A stretch of DNA of 64,000 bases from Patellaria atrata CBS 101060 (lineage: Eukaryota), in contig MU006107.1 of the NCBI GenBank assembly GCA_010093705.1, positions 418,031 to 482,030 on the forward strand, in the 5' to 3' direction. Both the position numbers and the translations under genes were made by a program. This document shows, piece by piece, positions 1 through 11,800 of the stretch. The stretch's first letter is position 1. Each line of letters starts with the position of its first letter. The notes under the pieces were generated by a model. That model did not search any database, was not told where the DNA came from, and worked only from the letters and a program-made list of their open reading frames with translations.

Positions 1-688
1 CCTGCGACTCCCACTGACTTGTAGCATTATCTAAGTCTGAAGTTGCATTCGCAACTTTCCCCGCGGCAGCTTTGGGGCCTTTCTCTTTGAGTTTATCCGC
101 CTTTTTGTTCGCACTATCAATATCCTTGGCCATTGCTGCAAGGTTTCCACTTATTGTAGACATGGCCTGCATCTCACGATTTGTGCGCTCGTAGTCCCTC
201 AGAGGTCGTTCGACATCAGTCTCAATTCTAGTTGCAAGAGTGTGATGAGAGTCCGCGATGGCTTCAGTCGAACTTATTATTCTATGCCAGGGTTGGGAGA
301 ATATCCTAGGGATACCTTAACTTACTCCGGCAAGCAAACTGGTATCAAGAAGATGTCTGTACATACCCTAAGTCGGACGACTCATCTGGACTTGGTCTTC
401 TCGCCAGTTTCCGCAGCCCTTGAGCGTACGCTTCTTCGATCCTCCGTCTCTCCTGTATATTCTATTAGCGCAAGGATTGGGCGTTAGAAAGCCGCGATGT
501 TAACCTGCAGCCAATCCGCGATTTCCGAGTTGATTTTCCCAACATGCTTAACCCTATCTAAAAGTATGGTGACGGCTTGCGACGGTTGGAGGGTAGCCTT
601 GCAGCAATTTTCTCAGTACTCAGTACATAGCATATCCAGTGTGCACACTCACCAGCATTGCTGGGTATTCCTGCCTCTGGAGATCCAT
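1..688 (-). CDS. syp1: Syp1/muniscin (FCHo-like F-BAR) endocytic protein, 5' part; gene runs off the left edge
   Basis: Manual splicing of 4 exons (ATG at 688; donors GTGAGT, GTTAAC, GTATGT) gives MDLQRQEYPAML-ATLQPSQAVTILLDRVKHVGKINSEIADWLQ-ERRRIEEAYAQGLRKLARR...IFSQPWHRIISSTEAIADSHHTLATRIETDVERPLRDY, the FCH/F-BAR N-terminus typical of fungal Syp1. Not present in the ORF track. Confidence 0.8.
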
Positions 689-1100
689 TGTGTATGCGCT
701 AGTCACAAATATCGTACAGATAGAGCCGCTATTACATGAGGTACAGTTCGTCCGGTGCGCGCTGCGCAGTTTGAATGTTCAGTTCGTGTATATGGAGCTG
801 TATGGCTAGGAGGTGAGGTGAGTGTGAGGTGTTGAGCTTCGACGGAACTTGGGGACTTGGGACGAGACGGGAACACCAGAACTAGAAAACTAGTGCCAGT
901 TCTATTCTTGCCAAGGTTGAACCTCAAGTGATATAACCATTCGCCCTTCTTCAGCATCCTAACCTAAAGGGTACCTCACCTATGCCATATCTCCATTACA
1001 AGGCAATTTGAGCGCTCAGAAGAATTTTCTTCTATTTCCCTACCTAATCCTGTTTATAACTCCCGTTTCATCCGGGCTGATCGGTTGTCCACAGGAGCCA

Positions 1101-1118
1101 CACACGTGTGGGTATAAG
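1101..1118. promoter_or_regulatory. Palindromic E-box (CACACGTGTG) followed by TATAAG in the syp1/kinase divergent promoter
   Basis: Perfect 10-bp palindrome at 1101-1110 about 100 bp upstream of the kinase ATG; related (T)CACGTG sites occur upstream of other genes (21972-21979, 46652-46659). Confidence 0.3.
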
Positions 1119-1205
1119 CAACTGTAAAATCTGTAAATAGGTCTATCCGTATCTTCATCTATTAGTATTTCTTATATTGTTCTAGTAACATTGGATTATC
1201 TCAGC

Positions 1206-2871
1206 ATGTCACAGTCTCATCAGGCAATGACGTGGCGGTCATCTATTAGCTTCTCCGATAGACTCTCCATCATCGTTAAAATGCACGTACGTCTATCTCC
1301 TTGAGTGCTTACAAATTCTTTCGTCTGTCATGTCTCTCTAAATTGAAATTCGTTTTCGGTTCCATATCTTTCTGCGTGTTAATGTTTTGCGTCCGAAGAA
1401 ATTGCCGAACCATTTACAATAGTGCTATCACTATGGGCTTACAGTGTTTCGCAGCAACTCGTTCTATAGAACTGCGAATCCTCATATATCAGTACCAGTA
1501 GCTCATCAAGAAGCCAAAAAATTAGAAGGCGAGGCGTATAACTCTGCTTCATCCAGTGTAAGAGGACCTGAATTCTGTAACAACAGAGACTGATGAGCGA
1601 GAGGCCGATTATGAGGTGCGCTGTCAGAACATAATCTCACAGCTTGAATTACAGGCAGAGACATGTGATTCTCCCTTAGAGGTGAGTAAATCGCTGAAAA
1701 AAAACTACTTTTTACGCCAAATCCCTCTTTCTTCAAGCAATGCCGTAACAATCCAATATTCACATATTGGTAGGATCCAGAGGAATATCCTTCCGAACTC
1801 TTACCTGCGCCTATCCAAATTGGGCACTATAAGCATGCACACCACCATAGATCCGGACTTTTTTCTCATGTGTATAGAGCACCCACCCTAGAAAAGCGGT
1901 CTGAGGATTCTGTACTATCGAAGAATAGGCAGGAATTTGTAGCCTTGAAGGTGACGACGCCGTCGCTGATGACAGCTCCCCATGATTCCCGTCGAGAAGC
2001 ACGTATATTATCTACCGTAGAGGGGCCAAATATCCTTCGTCTTCTAGACACATTCCAGCAAGCTGGTGACCATCTCGTCCTTGTATTTCCGTTTATGTCA
2101 CACGATCTTGAGACTCTCATTAGGCTCAAAAAGTTATCAAAGCGGCATTCGAGGTCTTGCCTCCAAGATATGTTCACTGGACTCGCTCATATACACTCCA
2201 GAGGGATAATACACAGGGATATCAAACCTTCAAATATTCTCCTGCGTTCCATATCTGGCCCGGCATATATAGCAGATTTCGGGATAGCCTGGTCCAATAT
2301 AGACCCTTCCAGTGAACCGCCGGACGAGAAAATCACAGACGTAGGTACTACATGTTATAGAGCACCAGAGCTTCTTTTCGGGAATACACATTATGGGTCT
2401 GCTATAGACCTCTGGGCAGCGGGGTGCGTCGTTGCAGAAGTTGAGGACTCAACTATCGACAGTCTCTTCGATTCGGGAGATCTTGGAAGTGATCTGGCTC
2501 TAATTAAGAGCATATTTGAGAGTCTAGGCACTCCCGATCTTATCACCTGGCCGGTAAGAAGATCCAATGTTCAATTTCTGTGCTAATTCTTGCGTTCAGG
2601 AGGCTGAAACATTCCGAGACTGGGGGAAAATGATGTTCTACGAATACCCCGCTCGTAAATGGAGCGAATTACTTCCTAATGCATCTGATCCTGCTAGAAG
2701 CCTAGCAAGTAGTTTGGTGCAGTACCAAAGTTCCCTTCGACTCTCAGCGGAGGAGGTAATTGCCCTTCTGGTTGCCCTCGCTCGTTAAGTAGTCCATTAC
2801 TTACACTTATTCCTCAGGTTCTAAAACATCCTTTTTTTTGCGGCGAGGATTCAATAGAAAAAGGGCAATAA
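1206..2871 (+). CDS. Csk1/Cak1-like CMGC Ser/Thr kinase (putative CDK-activating kinase) with N-terminal KIX-like helical domain
   Basis: Kinase motifs SGLFSHVY, VALK, HRDIKPSN, DFG, DVGTTCYRAPE, DLWAAGC. Exons approx 1206(or 1227)-1282, 1455-1557, 1604-1681, 1774-2552, 2600-2756, 2818-2871 (ends VLKHPFFCGEDSIEKGQ*). Confidence 0.8.
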
Positions 2872-3690
2872 ATTGACGTTCGTGTAGCTTCGGTAGTGAA
2901 GTGATTTCAACATTGCCGGTTCTATCTCCGAACCTCCTCTCACCGTAGCCATTTCAAGCTTCTATATTCAAACCGTCCTCTCGTCAGCACTTACTCCATC
3001 ATTGATCTTAATCAACACATCTTATGTCGGAATCTTGACGAGTAGAGTGCTTTTAAAGAGAAGTTGTGCGGCTACAGTGGAACTCAAAGCTTGTTTCGAT
3101 AGTTATGTATCCGGTAACGAGTGTCATTACCTATATATAAGACACTATTCTAGGGTTGGGCTAGGTCTTATGTACATTATGTAAATGCGATGGGATTACC
3201 TTACCGTATCCTTTGAATTTCCTGAATGTGTAAGTGGTTCCGTTGTGTTTACCTTAATCGGTGAATTTAGTTCAAGATGAAGTTACTCGTAGCGTCAGGG
3301 GCTACTAGAATATCTAGCGCCAAGCAAGACCGAATGCCCTGGTTGCCGGTTGCCCCGCAGAAGCGGCCTTGGGCCTTGGGCTTCTATCTTAGTTCTAAAC
3401 ATCAAACGTTCCCATCACTTATTGTATTATTACTGAACGTTTTGAGTTGCATGAATTTGCTTCCAACTCTCTGAGATCCTCGGACTATCTCAACTTTGGA
3501 ACTAACCCCCCACTTAGTACCGCACGCAATCTTGTTCAACCGGCTTTTATTTTAGGTTCTAATACCTGATTTATGCCTCGATTTCGCCTATAGCAGCTCT
3601 ATTACAGCTGCCGGTATCTCACCTTCACAATCTCCCAGGTCCCAAGCATTGACGAGGGTGTTCGTATAAAGAGAAGCCAAAGCCGGCAAG

Positions 3691-5013
3691 ATGGCCTTTC
3701 TATTCTCCAGAAACAGGCAGAAAGGTAATATGGACCTGGTCAAAGGTACGAAAGAACTCGTCCTGAAATGTTTGGCGGAAGAGAAACCACAACCGAAGGT
3801 AAAGACCGCCTGGCGTTTCGATTTGGAGCAATTAACCTTATTTGATATAGACAGAGGAGGAATTGGCACGAAATCTTGCTCAGATGAAATTAGTACTTCA
3901 GGGTACACCAGGTTGATTCTCCCCAATATACTCACTCGATGATTTGTGATTAAACTCATACCACTTAGAGCAGGAAGTTAGTCCGGACCAAGTTCTCCAG
4001 CTCATTCAACTACTACTCCAAGAAGACCTTTTATTGTCACTCGCGAACACAATTCACAAGCTACCTTTCGAATCGCGCAAGGACACCCAGGTCATAATCG
4101 CAACTGCTCTCCGTTTCAAGACCAACTCGAGTACGGCCGACGAGCCTTTCGCCCTCAATACTATTATCTCGCAACGGCCACAACTCATAGTAACATTATG
4201 CAATGGGTACGACCGGAGGGAAAGTGCAATGCCCTGTGGCGGCGTCCTACGAGAAGCTTTGAAGTATGATGCGGTGGCTGCTTTGATCTTGTACGATGAG
4301 CCTTCTGCAGGAGGTCCACCAAACCTAAGTCGAGAGCTAAATACATCGGCCCCTGCTAAAGGTGATGGGGTGTTCTGGAAGTTTTTCGACTGGATCGATA
4401 AATCCGCCTTTGAAGTGAGCGCAGACGCCTTCAACACATTCAGGGTGAGACTAGAAAACCTATGATTTCCTGTCAGTCCATCCTGCTGACAGCGAACGAA
4501 GGAGATTTTGACGAGACACAAACAACTGATCGCTACGTTTCTGGAAGTGAATTTTGACCTCTTCTTCCAGAAGTATAACCGCATTTTGGTACAGTCTGAT
4601 AGTTACGTGACCAAACGACAGTCTATCAAGTTACTTGGAGAAATTTTGCTCGACAGAGCAAACTACAATATCATGACCGCATACGTAGCCTCGGGCGAGC
4701 ACCTGAAAATCATAATGAAATTGCTCTTGGACGAGAGGAAAATGATCAACTATGAAGGATTTCATGTATTCAAGGTAGGTAAATCGCTTGATCTAAGGGT
4801 ATCAACAAAATTCTGACGTAATTCCAGGTTTTTGTAGCGAACCCAAATAAGACGGTATCTGTTCAGCGCATGTTGATCAACAATCGAGAAAGACTGTTGA
4901 AATTCCTTCCCGGTTTCCTGAGCGATCGAAAGGAAGATGATCAGTTCATGGACGAGAAGAGCTTTCTTGTGCGGCAGATCGAAAACCTGCCACCACAGCC
5001 GGTACCGACATGA
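3691..5013 (+). CDS. hymA: Mo25/HymA (CAB39-like) scaffold protein, 5 exons
   Basis: Mo25 motifs LPFESRKD, FEVSADAFNTF, SYVTKRQSIKLLGEILLDRANY, EGFHVFKVFVANPNK, DDQFMDEK; 4 introns reconstructed; stop TGA 5011-5013. Confidence 0.92.
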
Positions 5014-5229
5014 CGGCTTTGTGAAATTCATTACTGGACGACCTAGTCGTACCAATGAATCGTTTAGCATTCAAGGTGTTTGGGTTAGGGTTTTCGCTAT
5101 TATCCTGAAGTCGGGAAAAGCAGAACAGCCACGTAGTTTATGAGGGTCGATCGCGATATACCACGATGGGTTTGCATGGTCTTTTAGATTGTTGTACTAT
5201 TTTTACCGTGTAGTTCTACTGTACAACAA

Positions 5230-5623
5230 GTAAGGTAGACAAGTAGCCTTCCATTTATAAGAATGCAACAAAGTACCTTACGGATAGTACGGTAAATTCG
5301 GTAAATCGGCAGACAGAATAACAGATTTTAGCCGAAACTAGGAAGCCTAGAGATAGGGCACCGCACCAGGGCAGATGCAGATGAAATACTAGATACCTTA
5401 CCGCCTCACGGATGTCGGGTACGGTAAGGTATCAGTATTATATTTTGTGGAATTACCTTACAATGATCGGCGAGAAAAGGAGCTTTTGGCAGTTGGAAAT
5501 GACAATGGACGAGAAGAGGTTATTGGATATGATATGTTATTAATGTACAGCTAATCGTATTATAACCATGTCGCGCGTATTCTTAACGTAGCAGTACGGC
5601 GCTCACTACGTCACCTACCTTAC
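5230..5623. promoter_or_regulatory. Cluster of six TACCTTAC/GTAAGGTA motifs upstream of the histidine kinase
   Basis: Exact copies at 5230, 5274, 5394, 5424, 5454 and 5616 in both orientations. Confidence 0.5.
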
Positions 5624-5840
5624 CTATGAACAGCGCTTTCTCTTCCCCTTCGACACACCCACCCAAGTCAAACGAACGGCCTCCCTTACAGCTTATTTGT
5701 CCTCCTATAGTCCTCCCAATATCTTGCGGAGGTCATATCTCTCTCATGTGTGTTACCGATCTTATCGTCTATTATCAGCAACCCTTTGGCCTCATCGAGC
5801 AGAAGGCCAGAAAGCTGTGCGGAAGGGGCAGGGGGGCGAT

Positions 5841-8800
5841 ATGACAGGAAAGAAAACACCTGCTTCATCACCCAGTCATTCTTCGACGGAAGCCTCACAA
5901 TCGGCGAGACCAACCCTCTATCGGGCAATTGCGTCGCACTCCTCTAATGAAGACAAATCCGAGACGACTGTTGCTATAGCATCAGGTTCTACACCAACGA
6001 CAACGTCGGCTACGGATGACGAAGTCACTGAGAGTGAAATTAGTAGCGTTGGTGACGTGACCTCAGAGGATGATAATCCGAGCGACGCAGAGGACAAGAG
6101 ACGTGAGGTGGATACGGGACCACTCGCATCAGAAGCCCAAGAGATCGAGAGGCTGAAGGAAGCAGTGCACGCAAAACTGCTCCTCAACTCTCAACGGATG
6201 AAAGCAGCTCAAACTGGTCCAGGCATGAAATCCTCTGCCTTTGCCGCGAGGAGGGTCTCGCCGATCAAAGAGGAAGTGCCAAATGCTGTTTCACCTTCTC
6301 TTGATGCTGCATTCAGCAGTCCTCTTCCGACAGGCGCCCAAACGGCCTCAACCGAATCAACAGAGTCTGGCAAGACTATACGAGGAAGTGTGCCGGCTAC
6401 GCCAGGACAATATCCTCTTCGGACGCCTTCGTATCCTTTCCCATACGTCCCAGGGACACCCAGAGCTTGGTCCTCGTCCTTTCACCAACCATTCACTACT
6501 CTATCACCTACAGTGTCAGGATTGCCACAGCGAACTACCTCGACAGCGGTTGACACGACATTGTCAGGAGATAGTACACCCGCTGCTTCAACCGATACTT
6601 TCATGCCTCGTGGCGGGTCCATACCAGGTCCCCAGGATCCCAAATTTCCATCTCCAAATTTGTACGATCTCGTCCTCGTCCTAAATACCGAGCCTGGATT
6701 AGATGCCTGGTGGTCCACTGTTGTCACTATACTGACTGATTGGTTTGGCGCCGTAAGAGTAACACTAGCAGTTCCAGCGGATGCCACTGATATCGAGAAT
6801 GTTCCCTGGGGGCAGAAGGCGACTTACAATTTCAACCTAAGCAGAGAAGGCCCGCTAACGGAAAAAGAGAACAAAGCATCCCATACCAAACAGGAATCTT
6901 CGGAAAAGTCCGCTCGACTTGACGATATCGACTTCCATGACGCGGTGTCAAGCAAAGCTCCTCGACCGAAGATAGAATCACGCCATTCATTTGCAGGCCC
7001 CGAACCTATTAAGAAATGGGATATTGCGGGTGAAGGCTTGAAAGCACCAGCTCCAAGCTTGCGACCACATGGTCCCGTAAGAACAGTTAGCCATGTTCCA
7101 CATAGCAGCTTAAGGAGCGAATTGAGTCACACGTCGCCTATTACAATCTCAAGGGAATCCCCACCCTCAACCCACAGGACGCCTCTTAAAGAACACTCAT
7201 TCAGCGACCCCGACTTCTCTAGTGTCGGCGATGGTCCCGCCGGTCCGGATTCAGCAGTCTTTCCCGTTCTACGAGCACTGGACCATGAGATCGACCCCTT
7301 GATAGACAGTGCTGGAATTAATCGAGTTCTTGAGAGAGGAAAACTTGTTACGCTAACTCGGGACTATACTAGTACTAGTGACTCGGCGAAACCAACCTCC
7401 TCTGAGCCTGCGTATACTACAGAGGCAACACTCCGTCCGAAAAGCAGGCAAGCAAATGCTACGTCTCAGGCGACCAAGGGATCACACCGTGCGTGGGCCT
7501 TCGGGATGATACCTGATGATAACCCACGTGGAAGACTGAGCACACACTATGAGGAATATGAACAGTTTCCTTCGTCACCCTGGGCACAATCACCAGCGCC
7601 GTCACCCGCCATTCAAGCGGACCCTTCAGAGAACCCATTTTTTACTTCTGCAGAAGTTGACGAGGAGACGTTCAACCCGAGCGGTTCTGGGCCAGATTAT
7701 TCACAGTTTGGTCAAGTCGAAGCAATTGGTGTCGATAGCGCCAGTACAATCATTCACCTCCCCTTCATTCATCCAGTTCTCTCTCAACCGATGTCATCCT
7801 TAGATCCAGAACCGCCCCCGATGACAGAAAATACTCGAGACAGGGGTAAATCTAGAGCCGGATCAATCGCTCCCACTGAGATACCAGAATTCCAGAAGAA
7901 AGCTCCTATTGCGATTCTATCCTTACTCACGAAGACTGTTCCCTATCCCCATAACTTGACCCATTCCCTTAAACTCTTTGGTCCTCACCTAGCTACGTCA
8001 TTTTCAATTGCACAACAGTATAGTAACGCAATAACGCAGGCGATGGGAGTACGGCACCGCCGCTTCTTATCTGGACAGCAGGTCGGTTTCACACCGGAAA
8101 CTGAAGGTCTCGAAGATCTTATGCGTCTTGACATTACAGAGGAAGCGCATTCAACAGCAGGAAGCATCACAAGCCCTTCAGACTATTCGGGTCGCTCTCG
8201 ACACTCACCTGGAGGGTCTATTACCGGGACGCCCGCATGGGACCCGTCCAATATCGCATTTTCCAGTCGACATTCTGTTGGAGGCACTCCTGCAGCTCTC
8301 TTAGCTACGACCGACTCTATTGATAGTTATTTCGATGCGAAGAAAAAGTCGACCATACCACGCACCGGTAGTGGTGCAGCGCTTTCCCAATTACAAGCAG
8401 GTGGAAAGACTTCTCCGACTGTCGAGTTTCGGACCGCAACCCGCCCCGCTCATATTCAAACTCCTGGAGATGATGATGCCACGCCTAGAATTGAACCAAA
8501 ACCCCGTCTACCAACACAATCCCGCAACGAAAAAACTCCAATTACTACCTATAAACTTAGAGAAAGTAGTCCCCCACGGTCCTCAGATACGTCAGCCTCC
8601 AGAAAGCCGGGAATGAGACTTACTGCGATACAACCCCCAGAACGTGGTACCCGCCAGCGACATTCTCTCCTGCATTCTTATGGGGCAGATTTTAGTTCCT
8701 CATTCCAATCACTCCCTTCTGCGGCAACCCCTACTCCTAGGACGCCCGGAGGAGCGATGCACAACAGGAGTGGCTCTGCTGACAACGTCTATGATATGCC

Positions 8801-11800
8801 ACCACCTTCAGAACGCCTATTGAGAACTATCATCGATTCGCTTCCGGTTCAAATCTTTACTGCTGCGCCAACAACTGGAGCCCTTACGTGGGTCAACTCC
8901 AAGTTTCTAGTTTATAGGGGACAAGATCAACGTCAGTTTCTCAAGGAGCCCTGGCAAGCGGTACATCCCGAAGACCGCGATGAATACTCGGATGCGTGGA
9001 CAAAATGCCTACGTACTGGCCAGCAGTTACAACATAAGGTTCGGTTGCAACGCTTTGACGGCAATTATCGCTGGTTCTACGTGCGGGCAGCTCCATTAAA
9101 AGATAAGCGACAGAATATCGTCCATTGGATAGGCACGAACATGGACTTCCACGAGCAGCATATCGCCGAAGTCAACTCTGCGCGACAGCAAGAGACCGCG
9201 GCCTCAGAGGCGAAATATCGTGCACTTGCAAATTCAAGCCCCCAGATCGTTTTCGCAGTTACCCAAACGAAGGGTTTGATATTTTGCAACTCGCAATGGC
9301 TATCCTACTCTGGGCAATCCGAGCAACATGCCCTGAAACTAGGCTTTATGGACTTTGTACATCCCGACGATCTTGGTAAATGCAGGCTTCCTACAGTTTC
9401 CGAGGATGGCACTATTCTAACGGCAGACCTCCCAACCTCAGTTCCCCCAGACGCTAATCTTTCTAAGTCTGAAACATCCTCGTCATCCGACTCATCGGAG
9501 ACAGGCCGAACAGTAACGAGCCCTGATGTGACGGGACCATCGAGTCAGGGCATGCCGCAATCTCAGCTCTCTAAATTAGCTAGTACTGGAATCTTAAAAG
9601 TCTCTAAAGACGCTGACGGTAGGCCGTCGTATTCAACTGAGGTCCGATTGCGGTCAAAAGACGGAGACTACCGTTGGCATCTTGTGCGCATCCTCCTTGC
9701 CGAGTCTATCGCCCAAGATGGGGATGAAGAAGACGTCTGGTATGGAACATGCACAGACATCAATGACCACAAGCTTTTGGAGCAGACATTGAAAGAAACA
9801 ATGGACGCAAAATCTAGATTTTTGAGTAACATGTCACACGAAATAAGGACGCCGTTGAATGGGATAACGGGCATGGTTAACTTTCTAATGGATAGCAACC
9901 TCTCTCCCGAGCAAATGGAACACGTCAACATAATAAGGAACAGCACGGAGGGTTTGCGTGATCTCATAAATGACATTCTTGATCTCTCCAAAGTCGAAGC
10001 TGGCATGATCACACTTGCTATGGACTGGCTTCACGTTCGATCCCTAATTGAGGAAGTCAATGATCTTACATCGGCATTGGCGATAGGGAAAGGGTTAGAA
10101 CTAAACTACGTCGTAGATGAAGATGTCCCATCGGCAGTTAAGGGCGATCGATTTAGAATACGGCAGGTTCTTCTTAACGTAATCGGTAACGCGATCAAGT
10201 TCACGCAGACCGGTGAGGTGTTCATCCGTTGTAGGAAGCTATCTGGTGGGGATTCTTTACCTGAGGACGAGGTTATACTTCAATTCGATGTCATTGACAC
10301 TGGAAGAGGGTTTAACGAGAAAGAAGCCCAATACCTGTTCAAGCGTTTCAGCCAGATTGATGCGAGCAGTACAAGACAGCACGGGGGAACAGGACTAGGG
10401 CTCGCTATATCAATGCAGTTGGTTGAACTTCATGGGGGAAGCATGAGAGCTTCCAGTGTACCGGGAAATGGTTCCACCTTTACTTTCACCATCAAGTTCA
10501 AGGTTCTTACGGCAAATGAATACCCGTCAACTGATCCCATGCGTCCATCTGTCTCTGTTAATACGCCTCTGGACCCACCTACCTTAGCCTCGATACCATC
10601 ACGGTCACCGGAAATGGAGACCTTGAATACCGCCATAGAAGCCGCTGTAACAGCCCAACAAATTCCAGGCTCTCCTGGCTTCAGTCATCCGTCACATATC
10701 CTGTCCCCCAAACCACCACAGGATTCGCCCGCTATGTCCTCGGGTAGCTCGGATCCATCAATTCGAACGGCACAAACGAGCATTCGCTCAGAAAGGTCTT
10801 CAGTATCTTCATACTCTCCTGAACCGTCGTTGCTCAGATCACCATCGATCACTCTTTCGCTCCCCCGGGATCCAAGAATTGCTCGAACCGAATCTGACAG
10901 TTCTATTGGTGAGCATTCCAACGATTCAGAGGGAACTGTTCGTCCTAGCCTATCCAGTCCAAGTATGTCAAGGACACCGCCTCAGGTTACTAGCGTGCAA
11001 CCCCCCCTTTATTCTATCCTGGTTGTTTGTCCCCTGCTCTATAGTCGAGAGGCCACCGTTAAGCATATCGAGATGACATTACCAAAAAACGTTCCTCACC
11101 AGATCACAGCTAGGGAGAATCTACAGGAATGCCATGATATGATTGGTGGCGATGATCCGGTCATCTTTACGCACATTGTTACCGTTCTTCAAGAACCAGA
11201 AGAAGTTATCGGCATCATGGATCAAGTCTTCCGTTCGGGTAACAACTCAACGACATCGATTATTGTCATTGCCGATTTACTTCTTAAACGTGAAATAATG
11301 AAGGAAGCAAATACATACGACTTCAACCAATTAAATTCCGATCGACGACTTCGCTTCATATATAAACCACTCAAGCCCTCTAAGTTCGCCATCATCTTTG
11401 ATCCACAGAAGGAAAGAGAAATGAGTAAGGATCGCAATCAGGACAACGCGCAACAGGTTGCGGTCAGCCAGAAGCAGGTTTTCGACCACCTCAAAAATAG
11501 GCTAGGAAATAAGGGTCATCGTGTTCTGTTGGTTGAGGACAATAAGATCAACCAGACGGTAAGTTGCAAAGGTCAACTTTTAGTAGAATCTGGACCACTA
11601 AATTTCATTATAGGTCATTTTGAAATTCCTGAGTAAAGCATCCATAGCCGTTGAGACGGTCCTAGATGGCGTTCAATGCACCGAAAAAGTGTTCGCAAAG
11701 GATCACGGATACTATTCGATCATACTTGTATGTTCTTGCTCTATCTATCAACCTTATTTTCGGATAGCAAGCCATTAATATCAATCTTGGTACTAACTAT

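Noticed and set aside
5697..5840. TTG-initiated N-terminal extension of the histidine kinase in the ORF track
   Set aside because: Non-ATG start, pyrimidine-rich leader-like sequence with no protein features; the first in-frame ATG is 5841.
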